Assembly (NCBI GenBank): GCA_030390025.1
Contig: CM059429.1
Location: 96,906,001 to 96,970,000, forward strand
DNA: 64,000 bases
Direction of reading: 5' to 3'
From: Squalus acanthias
Lineage: Eukaryota
Shown: piece after piece, positions 27,442 through 39,399 of the stretch
Layout: every line of letters starts with the position of its first letter
Position numbering within the stretch: position 1 is the stretch's first letter
Program-made: the position numbers and the translations under genes
Notes under the pieces: model-generated
Told to the model about the DNA's origin: nothing
The model's database searches: none
The model's input: the letters and a program-made list of their open reading frames with translations, nothing else

Positions 27442-27578
27442 CTGTCACAGGCCTCGTCCAGATCCTCACAGTCACAGCAGCTGGCCAGTATGTGAGTTTT
27501 CTCTCCATCATGGTTAATGTACTCACAACAGCAGAGAGTGCCATCCTCATCAGACATCTTCGAGTGTTTCTTCTTCAT
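27442..27578 (-). CDS. ZDHHC23: Palmitoyltransferase ZDHHC23, first coding exon (exon spans 27598-27442, ATG at 27578)
   Basis: Manual translation MKKKHSKMSDEDGTLCCCEYINHDGEKTHILASCCDCEDLDEACD(R) matches the ZDHHC23 N-terminal LCCCEY...CDCxDLDExCDR signature. AG acceptor at 27600-27599, GT donor at 27441-27440, phase 2. Confidence 0.95.
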
Positions 27579-28261
27579 CCTGCCTTTTTCTCACACACCT
27601 AAATTCACAAATCAGTAGAAACAAAGTTAAGAAATCAATATTGACTGGTTCCCAGTTACTCTGACTAATCTGATTAGGGATGGAAAATATGCCCCATTAG
27701 GACGTACACTGTTGCACCTCAGGGAATTAGTCGCGTGTTTGTACCATATATAGTGTGTGCAACTTTTCACTGGGTCGGAATTATTTGATTCTGTTCATTC
27801 AGCGGCTTTCGTTTTGCACAATACACATTAATTTTTCATTAAAAAAAAAAATTGGAGTTAATACTTTTTATTGAATAAACAACAAAAATGCTTTCTCAGG
27901 TCATGGGACATTACTGAATGCATGCTACATTGCAAATCACCTGGTACTTAGATACATGTAATTAAGATCTGGCACAACTCTTAAATTTGAGTCGCAGTAT
28001 TCCTTGACATGATCAAGTTACCTCCTTAGTAGAGGGATTGGATCAGGCAGGAAGGACGAGTCCGGGGGGGGGGGGTTGTTAGACACTGGGCTTAGACAGT
28101 GTAAGATCCTCATGGTTATTTAGGAGAACATTAGGATGCTAGGATCTCCTGGACATTGATTGATCCTGAGTTTCCTACATCTGTAAAGGGCGGCAAAACT
28201 TTGCTTGTGGAAGGGGGATGCTACATAATAGACACTGATAATATCACAGATATAATTCTAT

Positions 28262-28602
28262 TCTATAGATGCGGAGAGGCTGTTTCCCCTGGTTGGAGAG
28301 TCTAGAACTAGGGGGCATAGTCTCAGGATAAGGGGTCGGCCATTTAGGACTGAAATGAGGAGAAATTTCTTCACTCAGAGGGTTGTGAATCTTTGGAATT
28401 CTCTACCCCAGAGAGCTGTGGATGCTCAGTCGTTGAGTATATTCAAGGCTGAGATCGATAGATTTTTGGACTCCAGAGGAATCAAGGGACATGGTGATCA
28501 GGCGGGAAAGTGGAGTTGAGGTAGAAGATCAACCATGATCTTATTGAATGGCGGAGCAGACTCGAGGGGCCGTACGGCCTACTCCTATTTCTTATGTTCT
28601 TA
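28262..28602 (+). mobile_element. CR1 3' end
   Basis: aggagaaatttcttcactcagagggttgtgaatctttggaattctct, 3'-UTR hairpin and ttcttatg tail. Confidence 0.9.
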
Positions 28603-29197
28603 TTCAACTGGTCATTGATCTCAACATACTAAGTACTTTTAATAGAGCAACATATTTAAATGGTAACAATTTCCAAATCTAGCAGAAGACATCCAACTAC
28701 AGGCCTCACAAAGTTAATGAATACTCAAGCACAGTACCGTATTTTTTAATGAACTGAAACCCAAAAATAATGTTCAAATCATATACTGAATTTATCCATT
28801 TTACTCGACCTGTTGAAACGGAGAAAACTAATCAATCATATGAAGAGCTAAGTAGCATCAAAAGTGTCTTCCACTGAATTTGCTACGAAGGATACAAGGC
28901 ACACAGCTCAACGATCGAGGAAGGTTTCAGAAACCACACACAGATCTTTGGTTAACACTATGACATTTATTTTGACAGCTATTTTATAAATACAGATATT
29001 ACTAAGACAGGAAATGCTGATGTTCTGCCACTGCCCACTGGTTTTAGTAATCAAATATTCTTCCAATTAAATCAAGCTAACAGTCAGCAATTATACAGCA
29101 GCAGTTTGACAGAAGGGTTCTGGCGATGCCACATATGAGTAAGGCTCTTGTTTGTAACAGTCTTCCAAACCCAAGACAATTAGATACCTTGAATTCA

Positions 29198-29304
29198 TTA
29201 TATCCCAGTTCTGACGAAGGGTCATCGACCTGAAACGTTAACTCTGTTTCTCTCTCCACAGATGCTGCCTGACCTGCTGAGCATTTCCAGCATTTTCTGT
29301 TTTT
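29198..29304 (+). mobile_element. Short Penelope family-B insertion with hammerhead (29207-29243)
   Basis: AGTT-CTGACGA-agggtcatcgacct-GAAACGTT-AACT; 14-bp TSD ATACCTTGAATTCA (29184, 29305). Confidence 0.85.
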
Positions 29305-31352
29305 ATACCTTGAATTCACTGCCTGATATCAGCTAGTCCTTATGCTAAACATGTTTCAAAATACTTAGGTTTAATTTAGTTTTAATCAATTTTAGCGCCA
29401 CCTGCCATTGTTCCATGATGATTTTGACAGCTTTTACACAAGAGCATTAATCATTGTTCACTCATTAGTTCTGCTGCAACAAGAAATAATTTGCTTTTGA
29501 TTACTGAGTCTATGTCCAGTCTCTACTGTACATAAATATTTGCAAATCACAAAAAGTATACTGCTGACTGGTTAATATTGCAAGTGTACAGTTAAATGCT
29601 GATATGCAATTGAACAAATCGCAGTTTACTTAAATTATATTTTTCAGGAAATATATCGCTCAAACAACAAAAGACCATTTTAGATTGAAACTTAAATTAG
29701 CAACCTTGGACGAAGCAGGTAAAACACGTGCACAGTACAGAACTCACCCCCGCTAATCCCACGGCATATTTAATACTCTACCAATAACTGCTTTAAAAAA
29801 GTGTAACCGATAAATCAAAATATACATAGTATTATTATTTTCCATAATTAAATATGATTTTTTTTAAAGCTTTATCATGAACAATGCTTCCTGCAGCAGT
29901 TTTATATTTGGACTTGTGTAATTCAAAAAGCTGTCAAATGATACTCACTCCATATACCTTTTAACAAAGTCATTTTCTGTGAAATTAAGCAAAACTGAGT
30001 TGCACAATAACTGGACTGCTATTGGTAATATAAAGTTTAAAGCAGTAAGTATCTTATCCTCAAATTATTACAATTTATACATTAGCTATCGTGTGACATG
30101 GAGCCATTTCCGTCTCCCGTCTCATTAGAAGCAACATGGGATGGAGAACAGAAATAATGCAGAACCGAAGCTTACAAGACATCAGAGAAAAGGTTGGATT
30201 GCTAAACTTGCAATTGATGGAAAGATAATTCTAAACAAAAGTACTTTAAAAAAAATATCAAATTCAATATTTATTAAAAGTTATTTTCAATTTAACTTTT
30301 TGTAGAAGATACATGAACAAACCCAGCAAATATAGAATTTTTTTTTGTTGCTATATATCCGGTCTAAATTTAGAAACCAGAATGATCCCAAATGGCAGCC
30401 AAGATGCAAGTTAGTTTGAGAGACTCGATATCAGCTTCCCCAGAGCAAAAGCAACAGAACCAAAGCAAAATATAAAGTATCCTCTGACTAGGGAGCTTAC
30501 CAACACTACACTCGACCCTTTTGATATCTTTGTTTTGTTTCTGAATGATTCTTCAAGTGCTATGAAAATCAGTGTAATCCGACAATGAAAAGCGCTGTGT
30601 CCTTCAGCTCCAGGGTAAAATTAATCCTCGAAATGTCCAAGCCTTGTGGTGTCAGATTTTTGTTACAGAGCCAGTTGCACTCTCAGAAGTTCAAACATGA
30701 TTCTCCTTGATGACCGGATGTATGTGCCATCACCGAGAGCTGAAGCCTGCCAAGAATTTACTATATTTACAATAGAACATGGCTTCAGTGAAGCAAATAA
30801 ATCAAATCTCTCAGCTACACATTTGAAAAATTAAAAAAACAAGTAAGGATCCAGAGCACTTCACAATGGTTCTGCAGGAAAGCACGAGATTTAATAAAAA
30901 GTTAGTTGTTTGAGTATAGTGTTTCAGAGAGTCCCAACATACCTGTGACAAAGAGTATTTTTTTTTTAAAGTAATGTTCCTCCCCTCCGCAACATACACT
31001 TTCCTAATCCAAGAAGAATGGGTCAAATCCTACTCCTGGGGCTCTCCCACTGAAGCTCTACTTCTAGCAGGTAAGAAGAATGTGGTAAGCAACACGATTT
31101 CCCTTTCTTCCTAGCCTCTGCTCTTGCAAGTCCCACCGCAGCATGGCTGAAATGAATACGTCACCAGGTGGGGAGTTACAGTCCAGGACCTGAGCTCCAC
31201 TATTTCATTACACACCACATGGCCCACCATGCTGCTCTCAGACAAGATATTTTTATACATAGAATTTACAGCACAGAAACAGGCCATTCAGCCCAGCTGG
31301 TCTATGCCAGTGTTTATGCTCCACACGAGCCTCCTATCACTCCTCTTCATCT

Positions 31353-33316
31353 TCCTAGGCAGTCCCTCGGAACCGAGGATGACTTGCTTCCACACTAAAA
31401 ATGAGTTCTCAGGTGACTGATGAGTCCAATGCGGGACCTACAGTCTCTGTCACAGGTGGGGCAGACGCTGGTTGAACGGGCGGGTGGGTGGGGTGCTTGG
31501 GTTGACGTGTGTTCCTTCCGCTGTTTGCGCTTGGCTTCCGCTTGCTCCCGGCGAAGAGACTCGAGGTGTTCGGCGCCTTCCCGGATGCTTCTCCTCCATT
31601 TTGTGCGGACTTGGGCCAGGGATTCCCAGGTGTCGGAGGGGAGGTTGCACTTTTTCAAGGAGGCTTTGAGGGTGTCCTTGAAGCGTTTACTCTGCCCACC
31701 TGGGTTCTCTTGCCGTGTCGGAGCTCCGAGTAGAGCGCTTGTTTTCGGAGTCTCGTATCGGGCATGCGGACGATGTGACCCATCCATCAGAGTTGATCGA
31801 GCGTGGTCAAAGCTTCGATGCTGGGGATGTTGGCCTGAGCGAGAACACTGACGTTGGTGCACCTATCCTGCCAATGGATTTGCAGGATCTTGCGGAGGCA
31901 GCGTTGGTGGTACCTCTCCAGTGCTTTGAGGTGCCTGCTGTACATGGTCCATGTCTCTGAGGCATACAGCAGGGCGGGTATCACTACTGCTCTGTAGACC
32001 ATGAGCTTGGTGCCGGGTTTGAGGTCCTGGTCTTCAAACACTCTCTTCCTCAGGCGACCGAAGGCTGCACTGGCACACTGAAGGCAGTGTTGGACTTCGT
32101 CATCGACGTCTGCCCTTGTTGACAGTAGGTTCCCGAGGTATGGAAAGTGGTCCACGTTGTCCAAGGCCTTGTTGTGGATTTTGATAATCGGGGGGCAGTG
32201 CTGTGTGGCGGGGGCCAGGTTGGTAGAGGACCTTTGTCTTACGGATGTTTAGAGTAAGCCCCATGCTCGCGTACGCTTCGGTGAAGGTGTTGACAATGGT
32301 TTGGAGTTCGACCTCCGAGTGTGCGCAGACGCAAGCGTCGTCTGCATACTGTAATTCGACGACAGAGGATGGGACAACCTTGGATCTGGACTCCCAGAGT
32401 CGCAATGCAGATTCCGCCAACTAAGGGGCACAATGGACATGATCTTCACCGCACATCAATTACAAGAGAGGATGTTCCCGATGATGGGTAAAACTAGAAC
32501 TAGGGGGCATAGTCTTAGAATAAGGGGCTGCTCTTTCAAAACTGAGATGAGAAGGATCTACTTCACTCAGAGGGTGGTAGGTCCATGGAATATGCTGCCC
32601 CAAAAAGCTGTAGAAGCTACATCATTACATAAATTTAAAACAGAAATAGACAGTTTCCTAGAAGTAAAGGGAATTAAGGGTTACGGGGAGCGGGCAGGAA
32701 TTTGGACATGAGTCTAGTTTCGTTCATGGCCCTGTGAGTAGCGTAGCGGGCCCAGGGGCCGTGTAGCCTGATCCTGCTCCTATTTCATGTGTCCAATTCG
32801 GTTAGGTTCAGGAGATGGTTCTGTGATAGTAGATTGGCGGTTAGGATCAGATCAGCCATGATCTTATTGAATGGCGGAGCAGGCTCGAGGGGCCAATTGG
32901 CCTACTCCTGCTCCTATTTCTTATGTTCTTATGTTAAATGCAGGGAACAGCACCAACCACTGTACATGGCCTTCTTTGACCTCACAAAGGCCTTCGATAC
33001 TGTCAACCATGAGGGATTATGGAGTGTCCTCCTCAAATTCGGCTGTCCTCAAAAGTTTGTCACCATCCTCCGCCTGCTTCACGATGACATGCAAGCCGTG
33101 ATCCTGACTAACGGTTCCACCACAGACCCCATTCACGAATGGACCGGGGTCAAGCAAGGCTGTGTCATCGCACCAACGCTCTTCTCGATCTTCCTTGCTG
33201 CAATGCTCCATCTCACCCTCAAGTAAGCTCCCCGCTGGAATGGAGCTAATTTACAGAACAAACAGGAAACTGTTCAACCTCTGTCGCCTCCAGTCCAGAT
33301 CAAAGGTCGTTCCATC
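31353..33316 (-). mobile_element. RTE-clade LINE with inverted 5' portion, inserted into a CR1 3' end
   Basis: Minus part 31353-32397 (LQYADD, FPYLG, LLYASETW, CPTCDRDCRSRIGLISHLRTH). Plus part 32400-33316 (FFDLTKAFDTV, GVKQGCVIAPTLF). 13-bp TSD CTCCTCTTCATCT at 31340 and 33317. Confidence 0.92.
32468..32934 (+). mobile_element. Young CR1 3' fragment nested in the RTE
   Basis: Same subfamily as 46401-48015; splits the RTE codons QLQE|KCREQ. Confidence 0.9.
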
Positions 33317-33329
33317 CTCCTCTTCATCT

Positions 33330-33630
33330 AACCCTATCAGCATAACCATCTATTCCTTTCTCCCTCACGTGCGTATCTAGCTTCCCCTTAAATGTATCTA
33401 TGCTATTCACCTCAACTTCTCCTTGTGGTCGCGAGTTCCACATTCAAACCACTCTCAGGGTAAAGAAGTTTCTCCTGAATTCCCTATTGGATTTATTAGT
33501 GACTATCTTATATTTATGGCCCCTAGTTCAAGTCCCCCACAATTGGAAACATCTTCTCTATGTCTACCCTATCAAATCCTTTCATAATCTTAAAGACCTC
33601 TATCAGGTCACCCTCAGCCTTCTCTTTTCT
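33330..33630 (-). mobile_element. CR1 3' fragment (continues at ~31257-31352), host of the RTE
   Basis: Matches 40800-41160 in reverse. Confidence 0.8.
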
Positions 33631-34024
33631 TATACCATAAGAAAGCCAACCTGAGACCCTTAGAAAAATGAAAATGCTACCATTATGTATGTACGTTGAC
33701 ACAGGAGTCCATCAAAAGTAAATTTATCTTGCGTTCCAAATGCCTGCTGGATAAAGAAACCATCTGGTATACTACTAAAGCCATGTGGAGCAGAAGGTTT
33801 CAGGTTCAATGCCAACTCCAGCAAGCGTGGGTAAAAAAATTGGGCAGGATGCTGTTCTGCTAAGTCACATGGGCCCATGTGAGTTTCAGGATTCTCCACT
33901 GGAAGTGACAGAGGACATTGAAAATGTCTGCACTAATACAGGTGGCAATATTCAAAAATACAAAAATGACAAGAATACTTCATGACATATATCCCAGCAC
34001 TTGTACTTTAACAAGTCTAAGCCA

Positions 34025-34305
34025 TAATAACAACAGAAAACGCTGGAAAAACTCAGCAGGCCAGGCAGCATCCGTGTAGAGAGAAAGAGAGTTAACGTTT
34101 CAGGTCGATGACCTTTCATCAGAACTGGGAAGAGCCAGGGTAAAGCTGGGAAAAGGGGGAGGGGATAAAGAAACAAAGGGGGAGATGAAGAGACATTAAG
34201 AGACATTAAGAGATATGCAAGGCTAGAGGTGGTGTTAATGTGACAGATTAAGGCTGAATGAAGTGTGAAATCCACTGGCAGAATGAAGGACAGCTGCCAG
34301 CTTCT
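34025..34305 (-). mobile_element. Penelope family-B pseudo-LTR fragment with hammerhead (34090-34126)
   Basis: Same sequence family as 38279-38665; CTGATGA...GAAACGTT core on the minus strand. Confidence 0.8.
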
Positions 34306-34740
34306 AGCCATAACAGGCCTCCTACTGCCCAACCCATGTCACAGGGTTACTTCCACTTCCATGCACTTTTATTTTTGCAAATAATCTCCTGTGCGGTACC
34401 TTATCAAATACCTTCTGGAAGTCCATATAGAATACAAACAGCAAGACCTGGACAACTTCCAGGCTTGGGCTGATAAATGGCAAGTAACAGTCACGCTACA
34501 CAAATGTTAGGCAATGATCATCTCCAACAAGAGAGAACATGTCCCCTTGACATTCAATGGCATTACTATCATTGTGTCACCCACCATCCACATCCTGGGG
34601 ATCACCATTGACCAGAAACTGAACTGGACCAGCCACATAAATGCTGCGGCTACTAGAGCAGGTCAAAGGCTGGATATTCTGTTGCAAGTAACTCACCTCC
34701 TGGTTCCCCAAAGCCTCTCTACCACCTACATAAGAACAAG

Positions 34741-35460
34741 GCGTCATGGTACATCAGTCACTGAAGGTGGGAATGCAAGTGCAGCAGGCAGTCAAGAAAG
34801 CAAATGGAATGATGGCCTTCATAGCAAGGGGATTTGAGTACAGGAGTAGGGAGGTGATGCTACAGTTGTACAGGGCCTTGGTGAGGCCACACCTGGAGTA
34901 TTGTGCGCAGTTTTGGTCTCCTAACTTAAGGAAGGACATTCTTGCTATTGAGGGAGTGCAGCGAAGGTTCACTAGATTGATTCCTGGGATGGCCGGACCT
35001 GACATATCAAGAAAGATTGGGTCAACTGAACTTGTATCCTCTGGAGTTCAGAAGAATGAGGGGGGATCTTATAGAGACATTTAAAATCCTGACTGGTTTA
35101 GACAAATTAGATGCGGGCAGAATGTTCCCAATGGTAGGGAAAACTAGAACCAGGGGTCACAGTCTAAGGATTAAGGGGAAGCCATTTAGGACTGAGCTGA
35201 GGAGGAACTTCTTCACCCAGAGAGTGGTGAATCTATGGAATTCTCTTCCACAGAAGGTTGTTGAGGCCAGTTCGCTAAATATATTCAAAAGGGAGTTAGA
35301 TATAACACTCACAACTAGGGGGATCAAGGGGTATGGCGAGAAAGCAGGAATGGGGTACTGAGGTAGCATGTTCAGCCATGAACGCATTGAATGGCGGTGC
35401 AGGCTCGAAGGACCGAATGGTCTACTCCTGTACCTATTTTCTATGTTTCTATGTTTCTAT
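34741..35460 (+). mobile_element. CR1 LINE 3' fragment
   Basis: LYRALVRPHLEYCAQFWSP and RRNFFTQRVVNLWNSLP frames; (TTCTATGT)n tail. Confidence 0.9.
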
Positions 35461-35885
35461 AAGAAATAGGAGCAGGAGTAGGCCATTCGGCCCTTCGAGC
35501 CTGCTCCGCCATTCAATGAGATCATGGCTGATCTTCTGCCTCAACTCCATTCACCGGCCTTATCGCCATATCCCTTGATGCCCTTACTAGTCAGAAATCT
35601 ATCGACTTCTGTTTTGAATATACCCAATGACTGAGCCTCCACAGCCCTCTGGGGTAGAGAATTCCAAAGATTCACCACCCTCTGTGTGAAGAAATTTCTT
35701 CTCCTCTCAGTCCTGAATGGCCTACCCTTTATCTTGAGGCTGTGGCCCCTGGTTCTAGACTCCCCAGCCAAGGGAAACATTCTCCCAGCATCCACCCTAT
35801 CAAAATTTTGCATGCTTCAATGAGATCCCCTCTCATTATTCTGAATTCAAGAGAATACAGGCCTAGTTTACTCAATCTCTTCTCA
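35461..35885 (-). mobile_element. CR1 LINE 3' fragment (remainder of its tail at ~34728-34738)
   Basis: ORF 35541..35813 RRNFFTQRVVNLWNSLP; CR1 3'-UTR hairpin. Confidence 0.9.
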
Positions 35886-36129
35886 TACAAGGCACAAGTC
35901 AGGAGTGTGATGGAATACTCACCACTTGCCTGGATGGGTGTACTCCAACAACACTCAAGAAGCTCGGTACTATCTAGGACACTTACTCAGCATCCTATCC
36001 ACTAGCTTAAACATCCACTCCCTCCACCATCGGCGGACCATGGCTGCAGTGTATACTATCTACAGGATCCACTGCAGCAACTCGCCAAGGCTTCTTTGGC
36101 AGCACCACCCAAAACCATGATCTCTCTAC

Positions 36130-36469
36130 GGCAGCTGGGGAATTTAAATTTAGTTAATTAAATAAATCTGGAATAAAAAGTTAGTATCAGTAATGGTGAC
36201 TGTGAAATTACCGGATTGTTGTGAAAACTCATCTGGTTCATTAATGTCCCTTAGGGAAGGAAATCTGCTGCCCTTACCCGGTCTGGACTATATGTGACTC
36301 CAGACCCACAGCAATGTTGGCTCTTAACTGCCCTCTGAAATGGCCGAGCAAGCTACTCAGTTGTCAAGAAGGCAGCTCACCAGCACCTTCTCAAGGGCAT
36401 TTAGGGATGGGCAATAAATGCTGGCTTTGCCAGCTCTGCCCACATCCAGTGAATGAATTTTTTTTTTTT
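36130..36469 (+). mobile_element. Non-autonomous SINE-like derivative: 5'-UTR of the tRNA-headed LINE fused directly to its 3' tail
   Basis: 36130-36363 aligns with 44254-44490 and 36364-36457 aligns with 48920-49013. Ends in AATAAA (36413) and T12 (36458-36469). Confidence 0.88.
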
Positions 36470-36701
36470 AAATCCTAACATGTTGCTGTGACTTTATACG
36501 GTCAGCCTCCCTTCTAAAATACTTACATCAAAAGCTTTAATATGCAGTAACCTCTATAACATATTTTGTGTATCATTTACTTTCTGATAACCCACTGCCA
36601 AAACATGCTTTAGCACTAATCATTGGATACCATGCTCTATAAATTCAGAGTTTCCTTTTTATTTATGTTGTGTTGCCTCCATCATACTCACTAACTGCTG
36701 T

Positions 36702-37310
36702 ATGCCTCAGAGACATGGACCATGTACAGCAGGCACCTCAAAGCACTGGAGAGGTACCACCAACGCTGCCTCCGCAAGATCCTGCAAATCCATTGGCAGG
36801 ATAGGCGCACCAACGTCAGTGTTCTTGCTCAGGCCAACATTCCCAGCATCGAAGCCTTGACCACGCTCGATCAGCTCCGATGGACGGGTCACATTGTCCG
36901 CATGCCCGATACGAGACTCCCAAAACAAGCGCTCTACTCGGAGCTCCGGCACGGCAAGAGAGCCCCAGGTGGGCAGAGGAAACGCTTCAAGGACACCCTC
37001 AAAGCCTCCTTGAAAAAGTGTAACATCCCCACTGACACCTGGGAATCCCTGGCCCAAGACCGCACAAAGTGGAGAAGCATCCGGGAAGGCGCCGAACACC
37101 TCCAGTCTCTTCGCCGGGAGCAAGCGGAAGCCAAGCGTAAGGAGCGGACGTCAACCCAAGCACCCCACCCACCTGCTCCTTCAACCACCGTCTGCCCCAC
37201 CTGTGACAGAGACTGTAGGTCCCGCATTGGACTCATCAGTCACCTGAGAACTCATTTTTAATGTGGAAGCAAGTCATCCTCGGTTCCGAGGGACTGCCAA
37301 AGAGAGAAGA
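36702..37310 (+). mobile_element. RTE LINE 3' fragment
   Basis: ORF 36722..37261 ending in the C2H2 motif CPTCDRDCRSRIGLISHLRTHF. Confidence 0.93.
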
Positions 37311-37939
37311 GCGAAAGACTCACCAACTATAGTAAGTAAAAAGTTAAATGTTCCAAAGGTAAGAAATAACTGTCAGTGACTTATTACAAGGAAATAATAA
37401 AATCTTAAGGTTCATAAATCACTCTCACTGTATGGGACTTCGTCAGAAAATCTAACTGAATTATTGTCTCCTAACTCACGGTCAGTATTTATTATCCCAT
37501 GTCTTTTATTTTACAAGTACCATAACCCCAGAAAAAAATTCTGGCTAATCTGAAAACTGTTAGGGCATCGTTCAAACGTTTAATTGTTATAAAGGGATCT
37601 GAAACAACCATACAGTGATGTGGGGACGATTTTAAATCTCCTTATAATTAAAATGTCCCATAGGCCACTATATCGTTGCTAACGATTGCGTGCATCTTTT
37701 AAATGACCATAAAATTCAGGCGGATACACAAGGTAACAATTACAAACCTGCACGGCGCTTACCCTAAAACTAATTTCCGTCATAATGCCGACCACAAGCT
37801 ATACTGGGAAACGCTCTGTACAAATTAAGGTTACAATTAGCTACAACTTAGGGAACTTCGTGACTTGCGTTTAAGTTGTCACACAGTTCAAACGTTACAT
37901 ATAAATCTCAATACATCCTTCTACTGGACACTCTTCACA

Positions 37940-38260
37940 CCGAGCGGATATACCCGTGAGGAGCCGGCTCCCCCTGTGCGGATTTCACTCACTCCTTTGG
38001 CAGAAGGCTCGCAGCAACTGGTCGCAGTTACTTCCGTGTCTCTGTCCTGTTGTCTTTGGAACCGCTCCACGCGGCAACACGTCCTCACTGCCCGGGCACG
38101 CGCGCGCATCTCTCTCCGCGCGCTCCCGCCTCCCGCGCGGTCTCGGCACCTTCTCCCCGCGCGTGCGCGCCTCCGACCCACTCGCGCGCCCGCGACCCAC
38201 GGCACTTCCTCGTATGCTTCATGACGTGTAAATGGCTGCACCTTCCCAGCCGCTAGGAGC
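37940..38260 (-). promoter_or_regulatory. ZDHHC23: CpG island, probable ZDHHC23 promoter and non-coding first exon (donor GA|GTGAGT at 37993/37992)
   Basis: Clearest non-repeat CpG-dense tract in the window, upstream of the ATG exon. Contains ETS-type motifs (CGGAAGT at ~38030, GGAAGTG at ~38203 on the minus strand), GCGC-rich NRF1-like tracts, CRE-like TGACGT at 38222 and a consensus 5' splice site. Confidence 0.75.
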
Positions 38261-38278
38261 AAGCACCCAGATCTGTGT

Positions 38279-38665
38279 ACGATAGCAAAATACTGCAGAT
38301 GCTGGAAATCCGAAATAACAACAGAAAACGCTGGAAAAACTCAGCAGGCCAGGCAGCATCCGTGGAGAGAGAAAGAGAGTTAACGTTTCAGGTCGATGAC
38401 CTTTCATCAGAACTGGGAAGAGCTGGAAATCAAATAGATTTAAGGCCAGGGTAAAGCTGGGAAAAGTCTCTTAATGTCTCTTCATCTCCTCTTTTGTTCC
38501 TTTATCCCCTCCCCCTTTTCCCAGCTTTACCCTGGCCTTAAATCTATTTGATTTCCAGCTCTTCCCAGTTCTGATGAAAGGTCATCGACCTGAAACGTCA
38601 ACTCTCTTTCTCTCTCCACGGATGCTGCCTGGCCTGCTGAGTTTTTCCAGCGTTTTCTGTTGTTA
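38279..38665. mobile_element. Penelope family-B hairpin insertion immediately upstream of the ZDHHC23 CpG island
   Basis: ~150-bp inverted arms (38316-38465 / 38516-38665); hammerheads at 38378-38414 (-) and 38567-38603 (+); 14-bp TSD ACCCAGATCTGTGT. Confidence 0.9.
38567..38603 (+). ncRNA. Minimal type-I hammerhead ribozyme with canonical GUC cleavage triplet
   Basis: AGTT-CTGATGA-aaggtc atc gacct-GAAA-CGTC-AACT. Helix I AGTT/AACT; loopless ACGT helix III of the dimer-dependent type known from Penelope elements. Confidence 0.78.
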
Positions 38666-38709
38666 ACCCAGATCTGTGTCTCTGATCAATATCCAGTTCA
38701 ACAATTTCA

Positions 38710-39134
38710 GATCATAACCTCGGCCCCTACCATCTATATATACATATTTTTTATCCACACTTTTGGTTTGTGCCTTTTCCCTTTTTTCTCTCTCTTCCCC
38801 CATGGCAGCTGTCTTTCATTCTGCCAGCGCATTTCACACTTCTGAGCCATCTTTTGTTTCTTAACCTGTCCTATTACCATCTTGTCTTGCCTTGAGCATC
38901 TCTTAATGTCTCTACTTATCACAGACCTCCCCTTTTGTTCTTTTATTCCTTCCCCCAGCCTCCCACTTGCTTTTTTATCTGTTTCATTTCCTGCTTTTTT
39001 CTCAGTTCTGCCGAAGGGTCTTCGACCTGAAACGTTATCTCTCTCCACGGGTGTTGCCTGGCCTGCTGAGTTTTTCCAGCGTTTTCTGTTGTCATTTCAG
39101 TTTTCCAGCATCCGCAGTATTTTGCTATTGTATC
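38710..39134 (+). mobile_element. Longer Penelope family-B pseudo-LTR with degenerate hammerhead
   Basis: Reverse complement of the 22797-23000 unit; core mutated to CTGCCGA. Confidence 0.75.
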
Positions 39135-39399
39135 TGTGTCTCTGGAGTTGTTTTCTTACAAGTTCATGAGTTGCTAATGCATTATTTCTACTGTGTTTTT
39201 TTTTAAAGTGCAAACTGGAGTATGGTAGAATTGTCCTCCAATTCTTTTTATGGTTGCACTTACAACAGAAACTTAGCAAGATTTGAAATCAGGATTTCTT
39301 TTCACAGACACTTGGGAGTTATGTGGTTCAGAGCTCAAGCAAAAATGCCTTGAAAAAAAATAACTGGATGACTGTCTAGTTAGGAAGAGGATTGAAGGA

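Larger units (their letters stand above)
34432..36128 (+). mobile_element. 3' fragment of the same LINE family as 44169-49019, interrupted by CR1s at ~34728-35885
   Basis: TIDQKLNWTSHIN...RAGQRL and YKAQVRSVMEYSPLAWM match ORF 48109..48960. Confidence 0.9.

Noticed and set aside
37865-38262. Several Arg/Ala-rich ORFs on both strands
   Set aside because: By-product of the GC-rich CpG island; no recognisable domain.
3874-39206. Recurrent ORFs containing RPETLTLFLS / VERETELTFQV
   Set aside because: Translations of the non-coding Penelope pseudo-LTR repeat, not a gene family.
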